From assembly GCA_965153285.1 (NCBI GenBank), contig OZ229112.1: 64,000 bases of DNA; one strand, written 5' to 3'. The notes beneath the pieces were generated by a model. The model searched no databases. It was not told the origin of the DNA and saw only the letters and a list, made by a program, of their open reading frames with translations. The position numbers were made by a program, and so were the translations under genes. Origin of the DNA: Podarcis tiliguerta. Lineage: Eukaryota. Below are positions 13,364 to 25,489 of the stretch, in pieces. Each line of letters opens with the position of its first letter. The first letter of the stretch is position 1.

Positions 13364-13972
13364 GGATAGATGAAGGGGGGTGCTACAGAGCTGTGATTAA
13401 AAGATAGTTCCAGAGAGAAACACTGGCCAAAGATTTGTGGGAGAATTTTATAAAGCAGCTGAGGCTTCTAAGTTCTTTCTGTCTAAGATCTCAGCTGTAC
13501 AAATCAGATGCCAATCAATGAAATTAATGTGCTCTTTTGAGAGCTGAAAAGCACAACATAAAATCATAACAATGGGGGGGAAAGAGGAGGTGCAACACTG
13601 AAGGAATGTTGGCAGAAGACCTGCCAGGGATAGAATACAAGTTAGCAGATGAAAGGCTGTGGTATAATCAAGGCATAATTGTTAACTCATCACTTTGCAG
13701 CCACAGGTCTGCTGGATGCTAGCAGTGCCAACGGCATCATTTATATCATGGTGGTGACATGCGCCAGTGCTCAACAATGAACAAATATATGAACTGCCAT
13801 TGGTAGAAAATTTGCAGTTGAGAGAGGTTTCTGCGTGCATGCTTGGAGATGTTGATATTTCCACAACAAAAGCATTTCAGGGAAGACACCTGGATTCAAT
13901 GGAAGACATTAGAGCTATCTACACTACAGAAACTGGTTTAATTTTCTCTCTCTTTAGGTACCCTTGGAAACG

Positions 13973-14262
13973 ATAGAATCATAGAATTGCAGAGTTGGAA
14001 GGGTCCCTGAGGGTCATCTTGTCCAACTTCCTGCAATGCAGGAATCTCAACTAAACATGCATGACTGGTGGCCATCCAATCTCTGCTTTAAAAAACCCAA
14101 TGAAGAAGACCCCACAACCTCCCAAGGGAGTCTGTTCCACTGTCAAACAGCTCTTACTGTCAGAAAGTTCTTCCTAATGTCTAGTTGGAATCCCCTTTCT
14201 TGTAACTTGAAGCCATTGGTTCGAGTCCTACCATCCAGAGCAGGAGAAAAAAAGCTTGCTCT
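13973..14262 (-). mobile_element. CR1 LINE 3' fragment
   Basis: (ATTCTATG)n tail on minus strand plus CR1 end motifs (CTTACTGTCAGAAAGTTCTTCCTAATGT). Confidence 0.9.
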
Positions 14263-15209
14263 TATTCTCTTATTTCCCCTTATTCTCAACATCTTCACCA
14301 AAATACACTTTCCATAATTCTTTGCGGGGAGCTATGACATTTCTGGTATTTAAGTTGATAGTTAGCTAAGTATACTTCCAGACTTCTTGAGGGAAGATGC
14401 ATCACAAGTTTTCTGCTTGAGAAAGGGGAAAGACTCATTTGTTTTCCTTCATCAGGAAGCTGTTCATTTTTTGTTCTTTGTGCAGAAAATTCTTTTGAAT
14501 CTGCTGAGCGAAGCTTTGCTGCTTGTTCATTGTCCTGACTCATTTGAATAGGACTGGCCCAAAGATGAAAGTACTGCTATTTTGAGATCCATGATCAAGA
14601 AAGAAAGAAAGAAGTTCCCCCGCCACTTGTTACCCTGCTGTTTTTGTGTATGGCCCCTATAGGGAGCTTGGCATTAGAGAGCCCCCCACACCAACTAGGA
14701 CTGAGGTGCATGCTAGTAAATCCTCTTGCATTTGTCACATATAAGCAGGGAACGCTTTTCACTATGGGGCCATGATCCTAACTGGCATTGCCAGTGAACT
14801 AAATAATCATTCATCCATGTCTCTGGCTGTTCCTTTGTTTCTCTCATTAAATGTAGGAGCCTGTCTCCTCCTGCTGCTATTGTCCCCGTTTAATTAACTG
14901 TCATCCAACTGCACAAAAGGATCTGTCATAATAAAGCTACATTTAAAATTCGCAGGTACTGTTTTAAACATGACAGAGATACAAATGCTAAATTTCATAA
15001 ATGTAGCAAATTTAAGCAAGATAGTAATCGGAAAGATCAGAATATGCACAAAGGGAGCATCCATGCTTGTAATGAGGCCAAAGAATGAAATAGCCCAGTT
15101 GTCAATCCAAATATATATTTTTAAAGAAATCCCAATTATAATTAAATGTGGGAGAAAATAATAGACTTTGAAATAATGGGAAATCATGCCATTAAAAAAG
15201 GATGCTCCA

Positions 15210-15405
15210 GAGAATTAGTGTGGTATAATGTTGGACTATGGCTGAAGAGGCCAATCCCAACACAACCATGATGAAGCTCGCTGGGAGACCATGGACTGAT
15301 CACTCTCTCTCAGCGTGACCTGCCTCACAGGTTTGTTGTTGTGGGGATGACCATGTATGCAGCCACAAGCTGCTTGGAGGAAATGTGATAACAAAACGAA
15401 AATAA
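15210..15405 (+). mobile_element. Old tRNA-derived, L2-tailed SINE (Squam3/MIR-like)
   Basis: AGTGTGGTATA head, CCTCACAGG..TGTTGT core; homologous to 21738..21952 and 52218..52471. Confidence 0.6.
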
Positions 15406-15681
15406 AGTCCTAGCGACAAAGCACTGTAAACAGACACCAGACAAATACATACAATCAACAGTACGTTTTTCTCCAGTGCCAGCCAAACTGTACTAAACCT
15501 TTGAAAATTAGGGAAAAGATATGGTAAAGGAACTAATCATTGGGTTGCAGTCAATGGTGGCTTTAGCTGATTCCCCTTAACCACAAAGCCCTCTGTGGCA
15601 CATTCTGTTCCGTTCCATCACAACCCTTGAGTCTCAGAATCTTAAGCAGGTAGGGAGATTGGCTAAAATTGGGTATCTAGA

Positions 15682-15952
15682 CAGAGGTGGAGCTAGCTGC
15701 TCTGGCGCCCAGAGCAGCACACATGCTGTGCACCCAGGGGGTAGGGCTAGCTGCCCGTGGGGGTGGGGCTAGCCACCCACGGAGAGCAGAGAGTGTCCCT
15801 GGGTGTGTGCCACGAGCGGTGAGCGGCCCAGGAGGCTAACACGAGCAGTGAGCAGCCCAGGGGGGCGGCGCAGCGATGTCACCCCCCCTCAGGGATGACA
15901 CCCAGGGCAGACAGCACCTACCGCACCCCCCTAGGACTTTCCTCCGCCAGTG
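15682..15952. mobile_element. GC-rich hAT-type MITE
   Basis: Perfect 8-bp TSD TATCTAGA (15674..15681 / 15953..15960); ends CAGAGGTGGAG / CTCCGCCAGTG. Confidence 0.85.
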
Positions 15953-16439
15953 TATCTAGATTTACAGAAGTAGAAGTGCTTTCCACTATGTTTAGCAAAA
16001 CTATGATTGGCTACAATCCGTTGCATGAACAAACCTGAAAGTACACTTAGAGAGTACATCCAATAAATAAATTCCAGTCGTTTGACAACACCCTTTCCAG
16101 TTGTGAGCAGAAACTGCCCGTTGAGTCCCTTATGTGCTCAGCTCAGGTGAGAGTGGAGCTTTGAGTAGACACCTGTTAATTGCCCCCACGTATCTGCCAT
16201 GATTGCTGATGTGCTGACCTTACACTGATATGGGCTTCGTGAAATGTGAGCAAACCTGAGAGAAATACTGCTTGTTAAGTCCTGTCAACTGCCACATGTA
16301 CTTGGGGGTGAGTGCCCCAGAGAACCCAAGCTTGGAGGTAATCTAAATGCCACACTGACAATAGCAATAGTGAACCAATGTCCACATACTGTCCCGTTGA
16401 AATGCAATTTATTTCCTTTATTTTTCTTGGTCATTTCCC

Positions 16440-16620
16440 CCCTACATCAGAAGTTGTTCTATAAAAGTTAATTTACAATCTAGTGTAATTCCAAGGTCCA
16501 CTGGATTTTCACAGCATTCAGGTATTGCATGATCTCTTGAGACCCACTTTCTGCTTGGTCTGGTGATTTTTCCAATGAAAACCTCACAATTGGTCCTTAC
16601 TAGAACTAATGCCCAAGGTC
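16440..16620 (-). mobile_element. Ancient LINE RT remnant (possibly Vingi/Ingi-like)
   Basis: Translates CENPVDLGITLDCKLTFIEQL, resembling the xYLGVTLDxxLTF motif at the end of LINE RT domains. Confidence 0.4.
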
Positions 16621-17480
16621 CATGCACAACCAAATAGTCTCCACTACAAATTACTATGTCCAAAAATATTGCTCATTGAGTTGTGCTACAAAAATAATCC
16701 CTCATGGCAGGCATTCCAGCCGATCATTTCTGTACATGTGAAGTATATGTGACAGCACAAAGCCCTCTGGAAAGCAATTCTATTAGCAACACTAGCACTT
16801 CAGATCATGCATCTCAGCAAAGAGATGCATTCTTCAGCAGAGAATAGAAGTTCTGGAGCAATGATCTGCTCCTCACACTTCTTGCCAATTTCATTAAGCA
16901 TCCCCAGCACTTCAGAATATGATCGGCAGATGACAGATCAAGAAATATTTATCCTGCGATTATGAAGGTTTCAAACACTCACTCTTGATGTAATCAGCTA
17001 AATGGTTTTTTGACTAAAGAACTAGTTAGCGGCCATTAATCCACAAAATTCCCACCTCTTACCTTTCTCTACCATTTATCCTCTACTTAATTATAGTGTT
17101 CTTTATAACAAATCACTTTTATTGTATGAAGAGCCACTTAACCTTGTCTTCATTCTTCACATCCTACATGCCTGCAAATAATCTAAAAATGTGCTGTATG
17201 AAAAGGTAATTTATTTTTTTAAATAAAATATCAAAATGGAAAGAATTTTTGTCATATGTATATAAAAACAGTATTCATTTAGAGTCAAAAAGATCAGAGG
17301 AACTACTTTGTGCACATGTACTTCTGAATCACCCAGGAGTTTACTCATGATACCATGGACAGAATAAGCAAGCTCACAACAAATCACATGAAAGAAATTG
17401 TCAAGTCACCAAGCATTAGTTGCATTGAAGTAATGAAACAATAATATAGTGTTCAATGGAAAAATCGTTAAAGAACTTTA

Positions 17481-17774
17481 AAAGGTAAAGGGACCCCTGA
17501 CCATTAGGTCCAGTCGTGACCGACTCTGGGGTTGCGGTGCTCATCTCGCTTTATTGGCCGAGGGAGCCGGCGTACAGCTTCCGAGTCATGTGGCAAACCA
17601 GAGCAGCACATGGAAACACTGTTTACCTTCCTGCCAGAGCAGAACCTATTTATCTACTTGAACTTTGACGTGCTTTCGAACTGCTAGGTTGGCAGGAGCA
17701 GGGACTGAGCAATGGGAGCTCACCCCATCGCAGGTATTCGAACCGCTGACCTTCTGATCGGCAAGTCCTAGGCT
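17481..17774 (-). mobile_element. Sauria SINE, 5'-truncated
   Basis: AAAGGTAAAGGGACCCCTGACCATTAGG tail; body like 51847..52201. Confidence 0.93.
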
Positions 17775-17810
17775 AATAAATCAAGAAAATACAAGCCAAT
17801 CTCCGAGAAA

Positions 17811-18274
17811 TGCCAGGGTTTGGTTTCCTCGGAATGAGGGGCAGCAGAGATTGTGGTGTATTTATTATAGATGGTTTATTTACACATATACACAGCCTAA
17901 GCCTACTGTGGAAGGGCTCAAAGCATTCACATCCCAATAAGGTATTGCCTCTCTCATAGCCACAGCCTTAGATCCCAGCAGAAATCAGGCATGGCTCTGT
18001 CTCTCAGCTGCCCAGCCTGCTTCTTGCTTCTACTTCTCACACACAACTCCACTCTGGGTTTTGTTTTTCTAACTAACAGACAGCAGAGGGAGGGAGACCC
18101 ACCCATTTGTCCTCTGGCACAGAGCCACTTCCTATGTTATCTTAATGGCCCATAATTAGTGGGCCATTACCAGGAAACATGCCTGAATATTGCAGCAATT
18201 GAATCCTGTTGGATGCAGGAATTAGAAGGGACTCAAGCATACAGTTTATCTACCTACCCCCACAACCCATAACA
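17811..18274 (-). mobile_element. Solo LTR-like element, copy 2
   Basis: TG...CA ends; minus strand starts TGTTATGGGTTG; homologous to 596..1015. Confidence 0.55.
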
Positions 18275-18298
18275 CTATTTTTCTTGTATACAAATCAG

Positions 18299-18472
18299 CA
18301 GTGCTTTTTTTCTGGGGGGATGCAGGGGTACGCATACCCCTAAACATTTTGTGAATCTTTGTACTTTTGTCCATTTACTGTACTTATTTTTCCCGATTTG
18401 AACTATAAAATGGTGATTTTCTTGAGTCAAAATGAGAGTAACCCTAAACATTTTTTAAGGAAAAAAGCACTG
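18299..18472. mobile_element. hAT-type MITE (CAGTGCTTTTT TIR family)
   Basis: TIR CAGTGCTTTTTT; TSD CAAATCAG/CAAAACAG; second copy at 38099. Confidence 0.9.
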
Positions 18473-19050
18473 CAAAACAGAGATTTTAATAATATCCCAA
18501 AGCCCACTCCTTTTATGCAGCAGTGTCTCCACTCCAAGACTACAAAACCTGTTTTTCACTCTCATCCCTTTAAAAATCAGATATACATAAAACACATCAT
18601 AAAATGTAAAGGTTTAGAAAGTGAATGAAATAAGATTCATGTGGCAGTGTGTTTATTGGACATAAATAGAATCTGATTCCCACCCCTACCCCACAACCTT
18701 TAACTTAATATCCCTTGATGGATTAGTTTTATAAAAGCAAACACTAGGAGGTAAATTGCCTGTTATAGATTATGGACAGCGTAAGTGTACACACTGCATA
18801 GGTATACGAATCAACAGCTTAAGAAAGAATGAATCAGTAAATAAGCGAGAGATTGTGTGGTTCTTCTTATAACCCAAAAATAAATGAGAAGAATAATGAA
18901 GAATTTGTTATAAAGTTTGGATCCTAAGATAAGTAAACCAAAGAAAGTACACGAAGAAGGAAAGCTCACTTGCTGTCGCCTGTGCCCTCTGAAAGGTCTC
19001 TATGGCAGGGCAGGGGGCCTCCTAAACTATATGAGATAAGGGATGGAAGC

Positions 19051-19209
19051 TAGACACATCAAAGAAGCATTTCAGTTAAATGTGTTGTAAATTTAAACAG
19101 AGAAAACAGGTAGAGAAAAATGGGACTCCACAGTACCATCTGGTGACATAATGTTATATTACACATACAACACATAAATTGCTTTTTCTTTACCAATCTA
19201 GCTGAGTCC
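19051..19209 (-). repeat. Unclassified old repeat, copy A (inverted relative to 40209..40930)
   Basis: Gap-free hand alignment of 120 bp, 88/120 identical to the reverse complement of 40811..40930; continues across the SINE into 40209..40243. Confidence 0.8.
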
Positions 19210-20078
19210 AAGGTGTGGGGAGGCCTCCTGGGGGACGGGAGGATTGCCCAAAGTTGTGCTATCTGATCCCATGACCACTAGCATGTGGGGTGTTACTGGG
19301 TTCCATCTGGTCTTTCGTGCATTTTAACATCTTAATGAAAACTACTAGGAGAGGTCATCTACAGGCATATAACGCTACATACCATTCCCATCTACTAAAT
19401 CCAGAGAGACAGTGGAGATGACAAACTAGTGCCTTAAGGCAGTTCAGGAATGGATCAGAGCAAATAAAATTAATTCTGATAACCCTCAGGTACAGTTGAT
19501 TGATACTTTTAAAAAGAACGTGGGGGATATTTTGACATGCAAGTGCACACCCTACATTTAGTGTAAAGAGAAATTTGGTCCTTGGGCTACCTATAGATGT
19601 AATAAATAAATACATATGTATTAATAAGGATTACTTTACTAGCTCTGATCAATATCCATTCCATTTCCAACAGTAGCCTGGAAGATGCCTTTAAATGTTC
19701 ACAAGCAAACAAAAGTGATGTTTACACCTTGTCTGTCCTTATAATTTGGCAATTAGAGGTATTCACTCTCTTTGGATATAATGTCAGTAACCATTAAGCG
19801 ACCTATTCTCCTACATGATGGAATCCATTTTGAAATATATCAAGGCTTTTAAAAAGCCTTTTAGGCTAGTGGCTTTCAGAGGTGAAGTTAATTATGTGCC
19901 ATCTGAAGAAATGCATCCTTTTGCCTGTACTGAACCTGCTAGTTACCTCCCAAAAAACATTTTCACATATAAAACACTAAATGTGTGCATCAACGTCTGG
20001 TGTGCCATTCATTTACCATGTGTGGTCATGGTGCAAATGAAAAGCAGGAGACATATATCTAACAATATCTATCTATCT

Positions 20079-20081
<3 letters not shown>

Positions 20082-20126
<45 letters not shown>
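20082..20126. repeat. (AT)n microsatellite
   Basis: Direct reading. Confidence 0.95.
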
Positions 20127-20128
<2 letters not shown>

Positions 20129-20984
20129 AACAAACAAACACACACAGTGCTAAAGATTCGTTTTACATTTGCATGACAAAAATTTGAAAAGCAAAAAAAA
20201 GAGAGACCCCACTCCCATGCTTTGGATATGGCTTCTCTGAGCTTCAGCTTTTCTGTTGTAGCCTTGACCTACTCCACTAGCTTGCTGTGAGAATAAAAAT
20301 TCTGCACATTTAATGAGCTACACAAACAATAAATAGAGTAATCAAGGGATTCAGATTTAGACTGACTGGGCATTTTCCCAGTAATCTTCTCAGAAGACAA
20401 AGGAACTGACTGACAGTTTTTAAATATATAGGAATTTGTTCTTTTAGGAGGAGCATGGTGGAACTTCTGAATAATCATAATTTATTTTAAGTTTTAATCT
20501 GTCATTTTTCAGCTTCTCAGTGTTTGGCAACTGGATCAGCATAGCACAAGGAGAAATGCCAACAAACAAACAAATGCCTATTCTCCAGCCCACCCTCTTC
20601 TCAACTACTCTACTTTCCTTAAAGCTATTAACAACCCATAAAAACAAATTGTGTTGCCTTTGGAGTGCTTGAACAGAATAATTCTTATTAACATCTGCAA
20701 GATTATGGGTGCTTTCCCTTCCTTTTCCCAGTTCAAGCGTGACAGCTTAGGAAAGCTTGATTGTTTAGCTCTTAATAAATTGCTCTAAATGTCTCTGGAA
20801 ATAGCTTAACATTTCAAAACATAACAGAAATATCATGTAGCAACATAGTGTATATGAAGATAGATGAACATGAATGAAATGGGGAAACAGAGCAAAATAT
20901 GGCATATTGGTTTTTACAGAGGATCAACTATTCATTTAAGACTTGCTCATGTAGGAATCAAGTTGCAGCCCACAGTCCTCTTCC

Positions 20985-21128
20985 GAAAGACCCAGCATAG
21001 TGTGGTAAATCTGGACCAGAGAGGCTATTCTTCAAATCCTTTGTCTCCCGTGAAGCTCACCAGTTGGTCTTGGGCCAGTTACACTATTGACGTAAACTAT
21101 CTTCACAACTTTGTTGTGAGTAGAAAAT
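20985..21128 (+). mobile_element. Old tRNA-derived SINE (Squam3/MIR-like), decayed
   Basis: GTGAAGCTCACCAGTTGGTCTTGGGCCAGTTACAC core homologous to the other copies. Confidence 0.55.
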
Positions 21129-21149
21129 ATGACAAACTCTTTTTGGCTA

Positions 21150-21345
21150 AAAATATCTTTAGGCAAGCCTATGGAGACGTGTAGAAGCTGTCATATGCTT
21201 TAATCTGGTTTTAGCTTATTATTGGTTTTAATTTTTTAAATGTTTTAAATACTTGTTTTAAGTGGTTTGTTCACTAATAATTGTATTGTCTTTATACTTT
21301 TCATAAATCGCTTTGAGGCTTATTGCAATCAAGTGGCAATCCTTG
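21150..21345 (+). mobile_element. L2 3' end
   Basis: CTAAAAATATCTTTAGGCAAGCCT, T-rich UTR and AAATCGCTTTGAG terminal motif. Confidence 0.5.
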
Positions 21346-21358
21346 TAATATGCAAGTA

Positions 21359-21703
21359 GAGAATCTCTTGAGAGTCCCATGGACTGCAAGAAGATCAAAC
21401 GCATCCATTCTTAAGGAAATCAGCCCTGAGTGTTCACTGGAAGGACAGATCGTGAAGCTGAGGCTCCAATACTTTGGCCACCTCATGAGAAGAGAAGACT
21501 CACTGGAAAAGACCTTGATGTTGGGAAAGATGGAGGGCACAAGGAGAAGGGGACGACAGAGGACGAGATGGTTAGACAGTGTTCTCGAAGCTACAAACAT
21601 GAATCTGACCAAACTGCGGGTGGCAGTGGAAGACAGAAGTGCCTGGCGTGCTCTGGTCCATGGGGTCACGAAGAGTCGGACACGACTGAACGACTAAACA
21701 ACA
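21359..21703 (+). mobile_element. Bov-B (RTE clade) LINE 3' fragment
   Basis: Open frame LLRVPWTARRSNASILKEISPECSLEGQ...LQYFGHLMRR...RAWRALVHGVTKSRTRLND-type C-terminus; ends CGACTAAACAACA. Confidence 0.95.
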
Positions 21704-21737
21704 CAGAGGCAAAAAGCAGGCACTCACTCCTATAATA

Positions 21738-21952
21738 TTATTGCATTCATATCCCACCTTTTTCTCCATAAAGCTCAAAGTGACTGACACAGTTCTCCCC
21801 CTCTTCATTTAATCCCCACAATAACCCTGTGAGGTAGGTTAGAATGAGAGTGACTAGCCCAAGGTCACCCAGTGAGCTTTATGGCCAAGGGCAGATTTGA
21901 ACCCTGGTCTCCCTGGTCCTAGTCCAACACTCTGACCACTACTCCATGCTGG
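21738..21952 (-). mobile_element. tRNA-derived, L2-tailed SINE (Squam3-like)
   Basis: Minus strand: TGGAGTAGTGG A box, GGTTCAAATCT B box, GGTGACCTTGGGCTAGTCAC core. Confidence 0.8.
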
Positions 21953-22519
21953 TTCTCTCTTCCTACAAGGCAGAAGATCCCCATTGTTTCACATCAAATC
22001 TCTAGAGAGGGGGGCTGTACATCCAACACTGCTCCAGCCATCTTCACAGCTTTCTCTGTTTGCAAATTCGAAACTACTGTGCCTCATTTGCCATCTGCCA
22101 GTAGGCCCTGCAGGTGAAATATCCATAGTCATTAAAGAACACAAAGGTTCTTTTCTGTCAAATTCCCATCTGAAGTTATTTTAGGTAAAGGCAAAGCTAT
22201 CATAGTACACATGGTAATCGAACAGCAAACGCACAACCATTTGTGTAACTCATTTCCCTGCTGGTCTGAAAGCTCATCCTCTTTTGCTAGCATGAAGAGA
22301 TCAGCAACACTATTAAATTGTGTTTTTTCCTCCAACAGAGTTAAATATCCATTGTATTTAATTTTCTCTTTCATTACACATGCCACGTTATCCATTTAAC
22401 ACCAACACAAAAACAAATAGACAAGTGAAAGATTTGCTGATAACTTTCATTGGACAGAATTTTAGAATTACTTCTTCCTTGTGCTGCAGAAACTCACCTA
22501 TTACAAATTATGGGGTAAG

Positions 22520-22635
22520 CAGGGTGAGGGAACTTGAAGCCCTCCAGATGTTGTTGGGATACAACTCTCAGCATCCCTGACCACTGGCTGGGGCTGATAG
22601 GAATGAGTTCAACAGCCATGTGTTCCCCATCCCTG
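22520..22635. mobile_element. hAT MITE
   Basis: CAGGGTGAGGGAAC...GTTCCCCATCCCTG; TSD GGGGTAAG/GGGATAAG. Confidence 0.75.
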
Positions 22636-22748
22636 GGGATAAGCCACTGGCAGCCCATTATTTAGGTTTTTAGAGAACACAAAGAATGTAAAATGGCAAA
22701 GAAACACAAAAACACTCTGTTCTGACCTAGAGCATGTATTGAGCTAGG

Positions 22749-22886
22749 CATGTGTGAGGAACCTTTGGTCCTTCAGATGTCGCTAAACTACAACTCCCCT
22801 CAGCTCCAGCAAGCATGGGCAATGGCCGGGGATGATGGGAGATGCAGTTCAGCAATATACGGAGACTCAAAGGTTCCCCACACCTG
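22749..22886. mobile_element. hAT MITE
   Basis: Ends CATGTGTGAGGAACCTTT / AAAGGTTCCCCACACCTG, CTACAACTCCC core, CTAGG on both flanks. Confidence 0.75.
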
Positions 22887-24197
22887 CTCTAGGTAAGAGA
22901 ATAGACAGGTCATTAACAACTTGCTTCACAATAGGCCATCCATAAGAGTGAAGAAACATTGTGAGATGAAAATGGTCAGCTTTCAGTCATCTCCGTGACT
23001 GAACCAAAAGGACATTGCTATATTGGCTATCTACTGCTGGCAAGACTTACCTGAAAACCAGCTCCAGGGCAAAATATGAGTCAAGATTGAAGAACAATAG
23101 GGCAGGCAATATAGTTTTAGGTGTTTTGATACTGCCTTAAGACAACTGTGTTCCATCACCCATTCAAAATGGAGGCAATTTTGGCTAATGCAGATGATTA
23201 AATGCAACTCAGACAACACTATACTGTATATTCTCAACACCAGGTGACTTTTTTGTTACAGATGTACAAACCTCATTCAATCTCTTCAGAAAAACCCTTG
23301 CTAGAGTTCATCTGGACGGATAACTCAAACTCATTCCTAGTATTTACTACAGTTTAGCTGCCACCCATTCATCAAAAGCCTTTTAAAACATCAACAAACA
23401 GCAAACAGATTTTACAAACAGCATAGGTGAGAGGATTCCATGGACTGATTCATACAGAATCTGTAGCTGGAGCCAGAAATGCAGCACTAATGAGAAAAGC
23501 CAAAGAGCATGATAGATTTTCTCTGGACATTTTCCTCTGAGCCAGCAAAACAGGCTTCAAGGTTTTTGCCAATTTCTAGTTGCAGTAGGAAAAAATGGTC
23601 ATTTAGAGCACCAGTGAAAGAATGCTATGGACTCAAAGCTTATGGCTTTGTTTTCTTTAAGTCATATCTCTGATCTCTTCTGTTCTTCTCCAAAAAGAAA
23701 AACTGATACGGCATCATTAAAAGCTGTGCCTGAGGTTTACAATTATCACATGTCAAATACAAAGGAGCACAGGCCTCCCATTTGTAATCAAGTGAATAAT
23801 CTGTGATCAAAAGAGCGGTTTTCACACATTCCTCCATGTACAATGAATTATGGCTGGCTCAAAAACTTCTCATGTATTTTCTTCACCTACTCTCCACCAA
23901 TTACTGAGAAATTGCATTTGGAAATTTTATCGAATGGAACAATAAAATGGGACCTATGGATGGGGCACAGAGTTTTTGTTACCCTTTCCTTAATTTTGAG
24001 GTGGCTGATGGGTGGCTGCAAGTGCCCTTTTTTCACTGTACAAATAATCTCTCCAGTGATCTGCACTCAACCTTTCCAGATGTCCAGGGGAAAATATCAT
24101 AAGGCAAATCCTCCCATGGGCCTTTTTCATATCAGGAAGTGTGGGCAGTCAGTGTTAAGAGATAGTTCCATTCCACCTTAAAAGGGTCAGGCATGAC

Positions 24198-24533
24198 TGT
24201 TGTGTATCACATGCCTGTTTACTCCCAGCATTGTCTGCTGGGAACTTCCTTTGTATATAGCTTTTGTATTCTGGCTGTTTTCCTGAACACGGAGGCGAGC
24301 AGTCATGTTTTTCCTTTGTTCTGAACACATTGAATAGAGCTGTAAATACGCTCTCTCTCTGTCTGCATCTTTCGTTGTGGAGACACTCTGCTGAAAGTGT
24401 GTGCACGGGTCTTGGAACATCTCTGAGGCTCATGTCGCTAATTGACTGATGCTGTTCCACGGGAGACCGGTGATCGTCCGGAGACAACCTGGGGCCTGCC
24501 TGATGCCTCCGTCTCCCTGGCAGTATCCCAACA
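24198..24533 (+). mobile_element. Solo LTR-like element
   Basis: TGTTG...CAACA termini, TATA-like TGTATATAG at about 24252, AATAGA at about 24333, more CpG than flanks; no direct TSD. Confidence 0.55.
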
Positions 24534-24754
24534 GTCATAGAGGTTTAAGGGTGTCGGAAAATGTTTACAGGAAAGAAAAACACACACACCCTACTCTTGG
24601 CCACTTCAAAGATAAAATAACCTCAAAAGTCCACATTAGGGATATCAGAGGAAGCAGGTGGAAATAACTTGACCCTCATTAAGGAATGGACACTTGCTAT
24701 TAATGCTCTCCCCTACAACAGATTTTTTTTTCTCTCTTCTAAAAAGGACATTGG

Positions 24755-25035
24755 TAGCATCCATCTATTTCAAGAGACAAGAGTATGCCATCAGGGGTCA
24801 AATCAAACTGTTGGAGTGTTATAGTGCCTGCTGTGTCTATAGAGACTGAAATGGAAGAGACAAGTTTTGTTGCAGCTGGGGCAGATGAAAGCATCCGATT
24901 GTGCTGATGCAGATGTACCGTGGCACTTCTTCTCTCTGTGCACCTCCCAGTGGTCATTCCTCCTCTGGTCACTGCTGTGGAAACACAACTCAACTGTCTC
25001 CAGGCACTGCAGTCGTCTGCAAGGGATTCCCACAC
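24755..25035 (-). mobile_element. RTE-clade LINE 3' fragment (not Bov-B)
   Basis: WESLADDCSAWRQ, then after a frameshift FICPSCNKTCLFHFSLYRHSRH (C2H2-like C-terminus of RTE-1-type elements). Confidence 0.8.
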
Positions 25036-25249
25036 AGAAGGTTAACTTTGCCAGTCTTGATGTCACATTTGTAGACATGTTTAAAAACACACATAAATTG
25101 CATCGGAATAGGGTTGCCATATGTCCGGAATTTCCCAGACATAGCAGGAATTCAGCTGTCGTAAACTGCATCCGGTGCTTGGTTGCTTTTCTCTTTTTTG
25201 TTAATTTTGAGTAAGTTGTTCATTACTAGAAGTATCCTATATTTACCAA

Positions 25250-25339
25250 GGCTGCAATCCTAACTATGTCTACTCAGAAATAAGTTCGATTGAGTTCAAT
25301 GGGGGTTACTTCCAGGTAAGTGAGGTTAGGATTGCAGCC
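25250..25339. mobile_element. Short palindromic MITE (GGCTGCAATCC family)
   Basis: 15-bp TIR GGCTGCAATCCTAAC; decayed relatives near 36645, 37915, 40140, 43965 and 44553. Confidence 0.75.
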
Positions 25340-25489
25340 TTAATCTGCTTCCAACAGTGTGTTTTTAAAATAAATATAATAGAATGCATCATTTATTATT
25401 GCTCTTTTCACATGGAAAGAAGTCATCACTTTTATTACCTTTGAGCCTCTTCATCAGAATGAGAACCACATAGATTTGACTGCTCAGTT

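Noticed and set aside
14894-15187. Hydrophobic 97-aa minus ORF resembling a membrane protein
   Set aside because: Explained by T-rich composition; no family motif and no convincing splice sites.
22132-22395. Protein-looking 87-aa minus ORF
   Set aside because: No recognisable motif or exon boundaries; the opposite strand is also open.
24155-24538. 127-aa minus ORF in CpG-richer DNA
   Set aside because: Coincides with the LTR-like element; no homology recognised.
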